Positions 23,793 through 38,449 of a stretch of 64,000 bases of DNA are shown in pieces. The stretch's first letter is position 1. Each line of letters begins with the position of its first letter. Source of the stretch: Cycas panzhihuaensis. Lineage: Eukaryota > Plantae > Cycadophyta. Position numbers and translations under genes: made by a program. The stretch is from contig CM041465.1 in NCBI GenBank assembly GCA_023213395.1, forward strand, positions 195,989,741 through 196,053,740, written 5' to 3'. Below the pieces are notes generated by a model. The model saw nothing but the letters and a program-made list of their open reading frames with translations. It searched no databases and was not told where the DNA came from.

Positions 23793-26700
23793 TGTTGAAT
23801 TTACAAACAAAGAATTAGGAAAAGAATGACTTGAATTGCATTGAGATAATGTCTCTATAAATATACATGATACAACAGAGCCGTTACAAAAAATGTTTGT
23901 AACCGACTCTTCTGACCATGACACGTGTCAGATAAAAAGAGGGAGTTACAAAGATGATTTTGTCACATTATCCTTTATACATCTAGGATATAACATTATA
24001 CTCTAACACCCTCTCTTAATGTTATATCCTAAACCTATCTTATTTCTAAGAATTTGAAATCTATTCTTTCCAATAGGCTTTGTCAATATATCTACAACTT
24101 GTTCTGAAGTAGGATAGTATATCAAATCAATTTCTTTATTCTAAACTTTCTCTCTTATGAAATGATGGTGTACTTCAATGTGTTTTGTCCTTGCATGGAG
24201 GACAGGATTCTTGGTCAGCTTGATCGCACTCTGAGTGTCACAATACAAATTTGTTGTTGCATATTGTTGTTGATCCAGATCTACTAGAAGTAGTCTCAAC
24301 CAAATAGCTTCACTTGAGGCACTTACAAATGATTTGTATTCAACCTCTATTAAAGATAGTGCAGCTGTAGTCTGACTTTTACTACTCCAAGAAATTGTTG
24401 TTGACCTAAGATAGAAGCAATAACCACTTGTTGATTTCCTTTGCTCTTTGTCTCCTGCCTACTCGGAATTGCAGAATCCTAACAAGTTTGCTGAATTTTT
24501 TCTAGAATAGATCAATTTCAAATCAATTGTTCCTTTCAAATATCTTAGTATTCTTCTGGCAGCTTTCCAGTGTTTGACTTTGGGTTCTTGCATGTATCTT
24601 GAAACAGACCTACAGAATATGATATGTCTGGTCTAGTTGCAATGAGATTGATAAGACTCTCGATCAATTGTTTGTATAGAGTTGCATTGGCCAAAGATTC
24701 TTTCTCATCTGCAACTAGGCTGTAGTTTACCTCCATAGGTGTCACACATGGATTACAGTTTTCCATTTGAAATTTAGTTAACAAGTCTTTGATGTATTTG
24801 CTTTGAGACAAAGTGATTGAGTCCTCTAGTTGATTGACTTCCAATCCCAGATAATAGCTTAGAAGACCCAAATCTATCATTTCAAATTCACCTTCTAGTT
24901 GTTTCTTCAAGTTATTGATTAAATCATCATCACTCCCTGTGAGTGTCATATCATCTACATAAACTGCAACTATGGTGATTAATCCATTTCTTTTCTTTAT
25001 ATACAAACTAGAATCTGAGTTGGAGCGTCTAAAGCCATTTCGACACAAATGTTTGTCTAATTTGGCATACCATGCTCACGGGGCTTATTTTAAGCCGTAC
25101 AACACCTTCTTTAGTTTACAAACCATGTGCTCTTATCCTTTTTTGATGTATCCTTCAAGTTGAGCCATGTAAACTTCTTCTTCTAACTCTTCATTTAGGA
25201 AAAGCACTTTTGACATCTAAATGAAATATGTTCCATTTTTGTTGAGCGGCTAAGGCAATAACAGTTCTCACTATATTTAATTTGGCTACAGGAGAAAAAG
25301 TCTCTTCAAAATCTACTCCAGTTGTCTGTGTATAACCTTTGGCAACAAGTCTTGCCTTGTATTTTTCAATTTTTCCACTTGCTCCTTCCTTGACCTTATA
25401 AACCCATTTACAGTTAACCGCAGGTTTATTGGGAGGTGTCTCAACCAATTCCCATGTTTGATTTTTGGCTATTGATTCCATTTTTGAATCCATCATTGTT
25501 CTCCATTCTGGTTGTTCCTTTGCTTCTTGAAATGATTGTGGCTCAACATTATTGTATAATGTCCGTGGTTTCTGACTCTCGGTTTTGTGTGTGAATAAAT
25601 CCCCTTTTCCTTCTTCAATAGTTTTGATGTACCACCTTGGTATTTTCTTTTCTTCTCTTGATTCTGCTTCAGTGATTGATTCATCTGTTGGCTATTCTTC
25701 TTGTACAAAATCTTCATACACTACTGGTGAAGATTCTGATGCTTGAGTGATTTCTTTTGATGTAAGTTATAAGGTTTCTTCCTCAGTGACCTCATGAGGT
25801 ATTACTTATGATCCCTCTTAATCTGTCTGATTTGAGATTTGCTATCTTGAACAACTTCTTCATTAAACACAACATCTCTACTTACATAGATTCTGTTAGT
25901 TTTAGGATATATACATTTATATGCCTTTGAATTTTTATTGTATCCTATCAAGATACATTATATACTTTTAGCATCAAGCTTCAATCTTCTTTTATCAAGA
26001 ATATGAACGAAAGCTTGACATCCAAAAACTTTTAAATTACTTACATCAGGCTTCACAACTGTCCACGCTTCCTCCAGAGTGATTTGTTTTAGAGCTTTTG
26101 TAGGACTTTGATTTATTAAATAACAAGTGGTGCTGACAGCTTCTTCCCAGTAAGTTTTTTAGACTTGTTTTTCAAAAATCATGCTGCAAGCCATTTATAC
26201 GATGGTTCTGTTTTTCCTTTCAGCAACCCCGTTTGATTGTGGAGTAGAAGGAGTTGTGAATTACCTTTGTATCCCATTAATTTTGCAAAAATTCAAGAAG
26301 TCCTTTGATATATACTCTCCTCCACCATCCAATCTAATGCACTTTATTTTAACCCCAGATTCTAACTCCGCTTCTGCTTTGAATTCCTTGAAGACCTCAA
26401 AGACTTCAAATTTATTATGAAGTATACCCATACCTTTCAAGAAAAATCATCAATGAAAGTTAGAAAATATCTACATCCATTGATTGAAAGAGGAGTGAAA
26501 GGACCACACAAATCAGTGTGAATTAGTTCCAATTTATTCTGAGCGCACCAATTGCTTTCCTTGAATGGAAGTCGATGTTGTTTTCCAAACAGACAACCTT
26601 TGATGGGAGGTAGACTAGTTACCATACCAGATTTTTCTAACAACTTCATGTATCTAGAGCGAGATGCCCATACTTCAAATGCCAAACTTTATTATCAAAA

Positions 26701-28946
26701 TTTACAGTAGTACATGCTTTTATACCCAGTTTAGGGTTTATAGGGTATGAAAGTAATTTGTACAGGTCATGGCATCTTATGCCTTTGGCTATTATATTTC
26801 CATTATTTTTCATATCCATTATATGACAGTAGCCTTCTTCATCGAACATAGTTCTTAGCCCCTTTTTGATAATAAGCTGAGGGACAGACAAAAGATTTAT
26901 CCCGGTACAAACAATACATTCCCTATCTTTTTCACATCACCCAGTACCTTGACTGTTAGTACCAACTCCCTTTATGTCCAGAGGATACTTATCTCCTAAT
27001 TCAACTGATTTATCAACATTGTAAGGTTTTAGTACCTCAAACCAATCTTTTGAATGTGTCATGTGACCTAAGGCGCTTGAATCAATGTACCAAGCATCTT
27101 GTTCATGTAGGCTGGCAGAGAGGGTAGTGATGAAAGTTGTTTCTTCCTCCTCTTCTTTTGTCTACTCCTTGCTATAACTTCCAATTGAGCGTTTCCCTCT
27201 TTGAATGTCAGCTCTTCTTTGTGGACACTGATAAGGACAGTGACTTGATCGTCCCCAATGATAACAAAGGTCAAAGGCTCTACAAGTGCTTGAAATATGT
27301 CCAAGCTTACTGCAATTGTAGCAAATTCGTGTATCTCTTGAGCGACCACGTCCTATGTTATCCTGCCATCTTCCGTGCGCTAGACTTCTAGTATCAGAAA
27401 CACGTCCTCTTCCACGTGATTGACTTCTGCTTTTGGGACCTAGGTTCAATCTGGATATAAAGGTATCTTCAATCTCTATTGTATCTTCACAATGCTTGTT
27501 CCTCTACTCCTATCTAAGTAATAAACCAATTAATGTGTCAAGTGACATTTTATCAATCTAGTTATTACTTGTAATAATGTTGATGGTTACATCAAATGAT
27601 TTTGGTAGCTTGCTTGCTACCATCTCCACCAATTCTTGCTCTAAAATAGTGGCAGATGCAATCAAGAGATCATTTCTTACCGAGACAACTTTATGAATGA
27701 ATGCAGATACCTTGTCAGATTCTTTCATATGCAAGTTGAACAACTCCTCCTTAAGAGCTATTATTCTAGCCTTGTTCTTTTGACTGTAGAAGCTTTTGAA
27801 ACAAGTCCATATGGCAGAAGAAGAATTTAAATTTTTCACGTATACGAGCAGAGGATCTAAAACTGAAAGTTTATGGATGATTACACCAATGTTATCTCCC
27901 TCTATCGAGCTAGCCAAGTTAGTGCTAGTAGCAGTAGGCCGAGCTTCAATTCCACAAGCAATGTTCCACGCATTCTTGGCTCTCAATAAGGTTTCTATCC
28001 TGATTTTCCAGATGTGATAGTTTGTATCAATTAATTTATCCTGATCAGATAGTGCCAAGATTATGGAGGCCATTTTTAAACAAGCAGAAATCTGTTATGA
28101 ACTGTTATGTCCGTACAATTGTACGGATTTCCGTACAAAACCCTAACTATATGGAATGGAATAAAATGTATCTCAAAAGAAAGCTGATCACATGTACATT
28201 ACAGATCTATAATTATTTTTTGAAAACATCTTCAAAATAGGAGATTTTTAACCCAAAAAACAGTAAAGTATGACTAGGGTTTTAGAGAAAAAATCTCAAA
28301 ATAGGATGAAATCCTTTACCAAATCTCTCAAATCCTTCGAAATGGAGGTACAAAGATTATGCAAACAGATTGAAACTAGAAAAGTAGAAATTTTTCAAGA
28401 AAATTTCAAAAAAGAGTCTCAAACCTGCGCAAGAAGAAAACTGGTCGAAACACCCTTAAAATGGGCTCAAATTGATTCGCGCCTGAAGAGGAAAGTAATG
28501 TTTGTATAGAGACGAGCTTGCTGGTAAAATTTTATTCGAATCTGACAACTTTTGAAAAAGGACACTCGTACACGTGCATACACAACCGTACCACAGTATA
28601 TTTGCAATCTCCAACTTGAAGACTTTATGTCCTTTGAGCCTCCCTAGAATTTCAAAAATCTGTATCAAAAATTCTCCTTACATCAACAACTTTATTATCA
28701 GGTAGGCAGAACTGACCTGCTCAGATACCATGTCGAATTTACAAACAAAGAATTGGGAAAAGAATGACTTGAATTGCATTGAGACAATGTCTCTATAAAT
28801 ATACACGATACAACATAGCCGTTACAAAAAATGTTTGTAACCGACTCTTCTAACCATGACACATGTCAGATAAAAAGAGGGAGTTACAAAGATGATTTTG
28901 TCACATTATCCTTTATACATCTAGAATATAACATTATACATTAATA
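23793..28946 (-). mobile_element. Complete Ty1/copia E4 (5.15 kb) nested in the RT of E3
   Basis: 216 bp LTRs at 23793-24008 and 28731-28946 (about 11 mismatches). TSD GGATC/GGGTC, PBS TGGTATCTGAGC at 28730-28719, PPT at 24009-24018. Confidence 0.95.
24015..28073 (-). pseudogene. E4 gag-pol, degraded
   Basis: gag TNYHIWKIRIETLL, zinc knuckle [41 protein letters not shown]. Confidence 0.92.
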
Positions 28947-31249
28947 GGGTCTGAATCACTTTTGATAAATCCTTCGTGTTTGAGGTGATGATCAATTTTT
29001 GCATTCCATGACTGTGGCACTTGTTTTAGCTCATATAGGGCTTTCTTAATTTTGTAGACTAGATGCTCCTATCCTTTTTTGACATGTCTTAAAGGTTGTT
29101 CCATGCATACCTCTTCCTTGAGTTCCCCATTCAAAAAGGCACTTTTTGCATCCAGTTAGTATACTTTCCACCCTTGTTGTGTTGTTAATGCTAGAATTGT
29201 TTTGATAGTAAACATTTTGGTTACTGGAGCAAATGTTTCCTCATAATCTAATCCTTTGGTTTGAGTGAATCCCTTGGCCACCAATCGAGCTTGTACATTT
29301 CAATGGATTCATTTGATTTCTCCTTGGTTTCATACACCCATTTGCAAACTACAATAGGCTTGTCTTAAAGAGCTTGCACCAATTCCCATGTATCATTCTT
29401 GTGAATAGCTTGCAATTCTTCTTCCATGGCCTCTAACCACTTCTTATTTATTTGTGCTTCTTCATAGGTCTATGGTTATGTCATGCAGATTAGTGTATGA
29501 TGAAATTTGGTCTTTCTCCTTCTTCCAATTCCTATTCCATCAGTACTTTGTACTCCAAGTCTTGCATTTTTTTAAGTACCATTTTGGCACCTTTTTAATG
29601 GGTGTAAGAGTTGCTCCTTCTTTAGTAGGTCCTTCCACAAGTTCTTCTAAAAGTTCATCCATGGATCCTAGTGCTCCCTTTCCTCTGTCTTTCTAAGCCT
29701 TTAGTGAGTTCTGATTGCTTTTCTAAGGTCTTTTCTCTAGAGAAGGGTATTTCTACTAGCTTTCCTACAGAAGATTCATCATCTCTACTGTTAGTTAGAC
29801 ACTCATCAAATGTTACCTCTCTACTTATAATTATTTTGTCTATATTTAAATCCATACATCTATATGCCTTGGATTTTTCACTATATCCTACAAGTATGCA
29901 TTTAAGGCACTTATCATCCAATTTCTTCATTTTTTTCTTCTAGTATATAAACATATGTTGTGCATCCAAAGATTCTTAGATGCGAAATGTCTAGCTTTTT
30001 TCCAATCCATGCTTCTTCTAGAGTTATTCCTTCTAAAGCCTTAGTAAAACTTCTATTGAGAAGATTGTTGTATATACAACTTCTACCCAATGTTTATTTG
30101 GGACTTTTCTACCTTTTAGAAGAGCTCTGGCCATTTTAGGAATGGTTCTATTTTTTTATTCTACAGCTTTGTTGGATTGAGGAGTGTATGTTATGGTGAG
30201 TTGCCTTTTAATCCCATGAGCCTTGCAATATTTGTAAAAGTCATTGAAAGTGAATTCTCCTCCGTTATCTATTCTCAAAATTTTAATCTTTCATTCACTT
30301 TCTCTTTCGACTTGTGCCCTAAACTCCTTGAAGATGTGAAGGCAACAAAATTGTTTTTGAGAAAATAGACCCAAACTTTCTTAGTACAATCATCTATAAA
30401 GGTTAATAGTACCTTGCCCCTCTGACGGAGACTAGAATGATTGGTTTGAGGTTGTCACCATGTATTAATTCTAATTTTATTTGAGATCTCCAAGTACTTT
30501 GGTGAAAATTTTGCTAATGCTACTTTCCTAACATGCATCCTTACACACATTGAATGAGGTTTTGATATAGATGATAGGCCTCTTACCATGTTATGATGTC
30601 TGAGCTATGCAAAGCATTCATAAGACAAATGACCACACCTCATATGCCAGATACCTCTACTAGTTTCAACACAATTTACAAAAAAGCCCTGAGTGGCACG
30701 AGTTGCCAGGAGTTTGTAAAGGCCATTTTCTTCTATCCCTCTCCTATAACTTCCTGATTCTCATCTTTGATTAGACATTTATTTCCTTTAAATACAACTT
30801 CAAAATTTTTCTTGGCCATCTATGATACAAAGAGAAGATTTCTTCATCCCCAATACATAAGAATATTGCCAAGTTTTTTAATTTTTCCATCTATTATTAC
30901 GAGAATTACCACTTTTCCTTTAATAGAATGAGTGGTGTTGTCCCCTAAATCGATTGAAGCTCCTCCATCGTAGTTGTTAAGCTTCTCAAACCAATCACAC
31001 TTGGTTGTGATGTGTTTGGAAGCCACAAAGTCAATGTACTAATTGTCTTTTCCATTTTTATTGTTGTACTTCTCAACATCTCTCTTTTCACGAGCAATAT
31101 TTGCCTTCCTAAACCTACAATCTATGGCATAGTGTTTAGCCATGCCGTAATAGAGGCAGATAATTCTTCAAAGCGCACTCTTTGAATTGCAGCTCCTCCC
31201 TTGAACTTGATTTGGATTACCTCTTTCTTCCTATAGATTTGCCCTGGTA

Positions 31250-34200
31250 TGCAAAGAGCAGGCAAATGGCACAGACAATCAAAAATGGTTTAGAAAAAAA
31301 ATACTTGAGAGAACAAAGCCAACTTCACCAGAACAAAAGTTAGGAGTTGTCTTGGAATGCACATAGGAACTAGGACATCTTTTGCTACAACTTGATCACC
31401 ACAAATCTTGAGATTTAGCTTGACAAATGTACAAGTCAGTTCTAAAAGGCTAAGAATTAGTCTCAGCATCAACCCTGGTTCAAGTCTCACACACAATAAA
31501 CATATAATGAAAAGAGGAGAAAATGGATTGATCAAAGACTCCAATGTAGTCACTCTTCATTAATCACCAAGATACATTACAAGATAATTTTACATTACAT
31601 ACAAAACCTCGTATATACAACAAATAACAATTACAAGAGGCTTGAGAGAATAATAAACAGTTGATCATACAATATGACAATTGGCACCTTGCACGATTAA
31701 ACCATATCTACATATTACAATGTTGTGTGCAAAAGTTCCCCCACACGCATAAGCTCACAACATTAAGCTATCACTTAACTCATTCATGAATACAATACCC
31801 TCAACAAAACTAACTTTACAAAACATTACAAATATGTAATACAATGAATCAATTAAAAATTAATGAATTCAGCATTATTTCTTTCATCACTCTCCCTTAA
31901 TGATGAGTTCATTAATTCTGACACTGAGGCAAAGTCGAAACCTTCCAAATTTGTCACAAGAGAATGCCTTTGTGAATATATCTGCTATTTGATCATCGAT
32001 TGGCTTGTAGACCAAATCTATTTCACCATCGTGAACATCCTCTTTAATGAAGTGATGGTGTACTTGTGTTTTGTCCTAGCATGGAATATAGGATTCTTGG
32101 TCAATTTAAGAACACTTTGTTTATCACAGAACAGTAAAGTAGCTTGTGTCTAACTAATTCCAAGCTCTTCAAGAATCATTCTTAAGCCAAATAGCCTCAA
32201 CAATTGCGCTACAAACGACTTAATACTCAACTTCAATTGAAGATAACGTGACATTAGGCTATTTTTTACAACGCCATGAAACTGAGGCAAAACCTAGGTT
32301 AAAATAGTAGCTTGAGGTCGATCTATGGCTATCTTTGCATCCAAACCCAATCTGCATCTGTATAACCTGTCAATAAAGGATTATCCACATGACAGTAATC
32401 AAATCCAAACTAGGGAGTACCCCAAAGATATCTTATGATCCTCATCGCTGCTTTCCAATGTGATGTCTTGGGCTATGTCATTAACCTTGAGCAGATCCCA
32501 ACAACATCTGTAATATCAAGTCCAGTATGAGTGAGGTAAATTAATTTTCCCACAAATTGCCTATACAATGTAAGATCCACAAGTTTTCCATGCCCATCAA
32601 TATCCTACTTAATCTTGTCTCCATAGGAGTTGGTGACAGTTTGCATTCTTCCATCCTGAATTTCTAAAGGATTTCTTTTGCATATTTAGACTGTGAGAGG
32701 AAGACACGGCATTGCTCTTGCCAAACTTCCATGCCAAGAAAGTAGTGAAGCAACACAAGGTTAATCATCTCAAAGCTACTATTCAATTCTCCTTAGAGAT
32801 ATGGAATCCATTCAATGTCATTACCAGTTATTAACAAATTGTCAAAGTAAAGTACAACCAAAGTGATCAAATCATTATGGATTCTGATATACAAATTTGG
32901 TTATAAAGATGAGCATATTGATCCATGCCTTTGAAAATATTCGTCAATTTTTGCATACCAGGCACGAGGTAATTGCTTAAAATCATATAGAGCCTTTTTT
33001 CAGCTCGTAGACTAGGTGTTCTTTATCTCAAACAACAAAGTCGAGAGGTTGATTTAAATATATTTCCTCCTAGAAATCACCATTTAAAAAGGCGCTTTTC
33101 ACATCCATTTGATAAACAGGCCAATTAAATTGAGTTGCAAGTGACATGACAGTGGTCATGTTGGCTACTAATGCAAATATGTCCTCATAGTCAACACCTT
33201 AAATCTATTTGAAACCTTTGGCGACCAAACGTCCTTTATGTTGCTTAATGCAGCCATCTGCATGAAAATTTGTTTCGTATATCCATCTACAATCAATAGG
33301 TTTCTTACCTTCAAGCAGCTCAACTAGCTCCCATGTATCATTTTGTAAAATAGAGTCTATCTCTTCATTCATAACTACTTGCCACTTCTGATCTACAACA
33401 ACTTCTTCAAAAGTGGTCAGTTCAAGAGCTTAAAACACTTTTGCTATTAAGGCGAAGTTGGTGGATGACCTGTATTTAAATTGCCTCTTTATTTGTTGTG
33501 GTGGTGAAGTAGCAGAAGAGATTGTCTGCAAATGCCATTCGGGAAAGCCGCTTTGAAGTAGCCTCATCTTGGATGTCTTTTATAGGACTGATTGGAGTAG
33601 ATGTCGATGTAGAGGCAGATGGTATAGACACGATGAAGAAGGCATTTGTTCTGTAGGAAGATTTTGAGGAGCAAGAGGAGTAGCTAGTGCTTTTTCAAAC
33701 TAATCATCAAAAAATGAGATTTGAGTGAAATCCAAATCCTGATTCTCTTCTGAAAAAACATCCCGAGATATATATACATTTGCTTAGTGGCGGGATCACA
33801 TAATTTGCATGCTTTACAGCTAGGTTGATAATCGATAAAGATACATTTCCTGCTTTTATCATCCAATTTTTTCCTTTGTTCTTTCAATATGAGCATATAT
33901 GTTGTACAACCAAAAGTATGCAAATGTGAGACCGTCGACTTTTGACCTGATCAGGTCTCCTCGAGAGTAATATTTAGTATTGCCTTGGTTGGACTTCTGT
34001 TTGTAAGATAAGCAATTGTATGAAGGGCTTCAACCCAAAATTGAAATCCTAAATTCTTAGCAGCAAGCATGGCTTTGCCTTTACTAACCAAGGTCCAATT
34101 CATTCTCTCAACAACTCCATTTAGCTTAGGTGTGTAAGGGGTAGAAAACTATCGTTTGATGCCATTATCCTTGTAGAATTAGGTGAATTCATTTGATATA

Positions 34201-34875
34201 TATTCACCTCCATTATCACAACGAAGGATTTTGATGGGCTTTCCAGATTCTAGCTCAGCGCCATGCTTAAATTCTTTGAATTTATCAAATGCTTCAAATT
34301 TCTGCTTTAAAAAATAGACTCACACTTTTCTGGAATAATCATCAATGAATGTAATGAAATATCAACAACCTCTAAAGGATGCTTGTGACATGGGCCCACA
34401 GATATTAGAATGTACCAGGCCTAAAGGATCCTTGGCATGCCAACTCTTCCATTTGATCTTAATGGAGCCCGATAATGTTTGCCCATAACACAAGCCTCGC
34501 AAATACATTTAGTCTGTTTTATATTAGGTATACCATGCACTATATTTAGTTTATAAAGCAGATGAAAGTTGTTCATGTTCAAATGACTTAGATGTTGATG
34601 CCATAACTGGTCTTTTGGGAGTCTTTGAGCAACAAATGCTTTTGAAGCAAATTGTTCATCCGTATTGGAAATTGAAGTAGAAGTATCAAAAGTGGAAGTT
34701 GAATTACTACAAGAACCAAATTCATGTGGCTGGATCAAACATCTAGTTACTACATCAAGCTTGTATAGTCCTTGATCTTCATATCCTAAGGCAATTAAGT
34801 TGCAATTTAAATCTGTAATTATGCATTTTCTAAGATGACTAAACGAAATATCAAAGGTTTGCTTATTTATCTAGC
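31250..34875 (-). mobile_element. 5'-truncated Ty1/copia E5 (3' LTR about 31250-31889, RH-RT-INT)
   Basis: PPT at 31890-31899 next to TGATGAAAG; KNPIFHARTKHK; LWHQHLSH; KLDDKSRKCIFI. Left LTR boundary uncertain. Confidence 0.85.
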
Positions 34876-34879
34876 TAAC

Positions 34880-37800
34880 CTGTCATGCCAGGTGCATAAA
34901 AGCATTGTTGAGATGATGTGAAGTATCTGAATTCTTCAATGAAATACGAAGAATTCAGAGCAAATTCATAAGCAATGGCTAGAACTGCCACCAAAAGACC
35001 CCAGAAAGAAGAATTTAACAAGCGTGGAACTTGGACAGTATGTTTTGGTGGGTGTCCTTCCATTTGTATTCAATTTTCTCTCAATCGTGACCACAATGGT
35101 AGCACAGCGACCATCCTTGCTAGACCGTTCACCAGAGCTAATTATGCGTCTGGCGAGCTTACCCAATGGACACAGGCTTTTTCAAAAAATGGACAAAAGC
35201 TCGACCTCTTAAGAATTGTGATGCCAAGAGTATCGCAATATTTCTATATGAAAATTTTATTGTTCGCTTTGGTTGTCCCTTAGAGTTAGTGTTGGATCAA
35301 GGTAGCATTTTTTAAATAGTACCATAAAACATCTCACTAATGAGTTTATGATCAAGCACTACCAATCTTCCCCTTATTATCCTAGAGCTAATGGTTAGGT
35401 TGAGACTACTAATAAAATTATGAAATTAACCTTGTCAAAGATTTACAGCGAGGGAAGAACCAATTGGGCAGAACGTTTACATTCAGTCCTTTGGGCAAAT
35501 AGAACAGCAATCAAATGACCACATAAGCAGACGCCATTCCAATTGGTATATGGCTTAAAGTTGTACTTCCATTAGAATTCCAAGCAGAAAGTCTCAGGAT
35601 AGCAATTCAACTACAAATGAACAAGCAAAATTCACAAGACAAGAGAATCATAGAACTTCTAAAATTAGATGAACGAAGGGCACGAGCTTTATGGGAATTA
35701 AAAGCTGAAAAGAAACGACGAAAGGCATGGCAAGATCGACATTTGCAAGATCGCCAAATTTAGTCAGTATATATTGGTTGGTGTTCTTTCGTTTGTGTAC
35801 AGGTTTCTCTCAATGGCAACCACGATGGTAGCACAACATCCATCTCTATTAGACTATGCAGTCGAAGCCATTGCATGCTTAACAGGATTACCAAACCAGG
35901 GACCTGTATCCCAAGGGATAAATAGATATCTAAAGAGCAGGCAACGTATGAAATCAAGGTGAAGGAATCCGATGTTTCTAGATCAGGGATTCACATCTCA
36001 GGAATTTCATCCAAATAAATACAATGGATTGCACATTTTCTATTTACTAGAGTAATACTAGGGTAGAAGAGTTTGTTTGTTCTTAGCCACTTGCGTTTAA
36101 TGCTAATGGTCACAAATGGCCAGTAGTTTAATTGGGCCAAATGTGTTTCAAGTAGACTTCTATAAAATTTAGAAGCTATAAAAAATGCCACTCAATCCAT
36201 TTTATTTTTCTATCCTACTTTGTTAAAGGGGTTATTATTTTCACAATGTCTAGGTATTCAACTTCCACTAGTTGAGGAGGGACAACCTCTTTTGGCAAAA
36301 TGGACTAATTTGATTGCAAGAGAATGAGGACGCAGTTCTTTACCTTTGGCAAAGCTATAGGAACAAGCCAAAACCTGGCTTCATCAGCAATGGCAAGCTA
36401 GTAATCCACAGCCATGCCTAGTTATAAGAAGGAAGAAGCAAAAGAGGCAAAAGATGTGAAACTGCAAGTAGAGGTGACCTCGCGAACTCAGACCAGGGTC
36501 CAAGACCGAGGACAAAAAAAAGAAGAGGATAAACAGATAGAGGTAAGGAAAGGGAAACGAAAAGTGGAAGAAGAGCCAGGCACGAGTAATGAAGAAGCAA
36601 ATCAACCTGTAGAGCAGCCATGGACAGTCATACCAACAACATTAAAATGCAAGGAGGAAAAACATCAAAAGCAGAGGAAGTTGGCAGCAGAAAAAAGATG
36701 ACAAGAGATCTTAAAGTACCTAAATAATCAACCAATAGAGATAGATTTTGATCAGTCTGAGGATTTCTTGGAAGAGGGTCTGGACCCAATGAGTTGCGAC
36801 CCTCAGGACGTCACACAATGAAAGCCCCCCTTCCTAGCAAAAGTGACTAGGCAACTTGTGACCGAGTTGGAGCAAAGGAATAGAAGACCCCCACCGAACA
36901 TACAGAGAATCCAACGACTTGAGGAAAAATTGGCAGCTACAAAAGCCCGTTTGGAATTCTTGAAAAAGTTCATCATGGTTTGGGTTAAGAGCACAGATGC
37001 CATTGCCCATAAGGTGCAGGCGTTCAAAGCTTGCTTTGATCAAGAGATTCCCCAAGGTTTGCACGAAGTAATTTACAAATTAGGGCATGGATTATAGAGA
37101 CACAAGATGATGTTGAACATGCTCAAAGATTTTAGAGTAAAATCCACAATTTACAATAGGATTTGGCTAGAACTAAGCAATTGTACAATGAGGTAACCAA
37201 AGACATTAAACGCATGCATAGAGGGGAAAAGCCCACTATGGCACAATTGGATGCCTTGCGGGATGCTGCTATCTTAGTTGATCCTTGTCGATCTCAGGGC
37301 ATATGAGTTCCGCCAATCATTGTGCAACCAGACCATATGTTTATTCGACAAGCAATGAACAAACTACACAAGAAATGGAGGAAGCGTATTATTTGTTGGC
37401 ATAAAAAGTTTTTGAGGGGGAAGGAGTTGGGTGAAAAAAAAATTTGATGGAAAACAAGTGAGGGCACTCATTGGTTCTGTGATGGGGGAGATGTGTGTAG
37501 ATGAAATTGCACACACAGTTTTTGAAGAAAATTGTAATAAGAAGTCTGGTGATAATTGAGTTGCAATTGCAATCTGATTGCAGTTGAGCAATAGTTGCAA
37601 CCCGATTCCAGTTGAGCAACAGTTGCAATCTTATTGCAGTTGAGCAACAATTGCGACCCGATTGCAATTGAGCAACAGTTGCAACCTGATTGCAGTTGAG
37701 CAACAGTTGTGACCCGATTGCAATTGAACCGCAGTTGCGAGCAGATCGCACTTAAAACTGCAATTACGATTGAATCGTAGTTGAAATCGCAGTTACAATT

Positions 37801-38320
37801 GAATTGCAGTTGAAGTCACAGTTACAATCAAATTGCAGTTGGAGACACAGTTATGATCAAATTGCAGTTGAGCCGCAATTACAATCAAATCGCAGTTGCG
37901 ACGAGATCGTAGTTGAGCCGCGATTTCGACCCAATTGCAGTTGGAACTGCCATTGCTATTAGATTGCACTTTAAGAGGGAACCGACCATTTTGTCAATAG
38001 TACTGTACCATTTGTAATATAACCAACGGTGGTTGAAACAATTGATTTTCTATGTATCAAATAGTAGTCAGTCTAATGATGATAGATCTAGAGAGATAGA
38101 CAGCAAAAATTAAGAAGAGTGTGTACAGAATTCTTCTTGCTATAGCAGGCTCAACATTGCTATTGTAATCCTTGTGTGATGTCGGGTCTGCATCTGGTTG
38201 TGAGAGGACTAGACACAGTTCCCTATTCTAACGATATTATGTTTTGCATCATATTGGGTATTCCTTGTGCTTGCTTTATCCAGTTATGTTTGTAATTGTA
38301 GATAGATAAAGGCACACACA
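34880..38320 (+). mobile_element. 3' part of a non-chromovirus Ty3/gypsy element: integrase core, extra ORF, PPT, 3' LTR
   Basis: FLYENFIVRFGCPLELVLDQG, SSPYYPRANG, LHSVLWA, TPFQLVYG. A degraded extra ORF lies at 35760-37400. PPT GATGGGGGAGA at 37481-37491; likely LTR TGTGTGT..ACACACA at 37492-38320. Confidence 0.8.
37550..37970. repeat. 28-29 bp minisatellite (about 14 units, TTGCAGTTG subunits) in the gypsy LTR
   Basis: GATTGCAGTTGAGCAACAGTTGCAACCT-like units at 37660, 37688, 37716 (28 bp period) and 37802, 37831, 37860 (29 bp period). Confidence 0.9.
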
Positions 38321-38449
38321 ATATTTAGTGGTATATGTGTTTGTTTCACATATGTGACACCACTTTAATTCCTTATTTACATTACTAACTTTTGGAGTGA
38401 GGTAGCACTCCTTTGTTGAATGTGTTTCTAACTAACAAATGTGACACCA

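Larger units (their letters stand above)
22665..31245 (-). mobile_element. Old Ty1/copia E3, split by E4 and truncated in gag
   Basis: PPT/LTR junction at 22736-22741. RH/RT at 22800-23792 resumes at 28947 (KSDSDP|SLYIK..LYVDDL). Integrase KLDDKCLKCILVGYS, protease, and zinc knuckle at about 31110-31160. 3' LTR extent uncertain. Confidence 0.85.
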
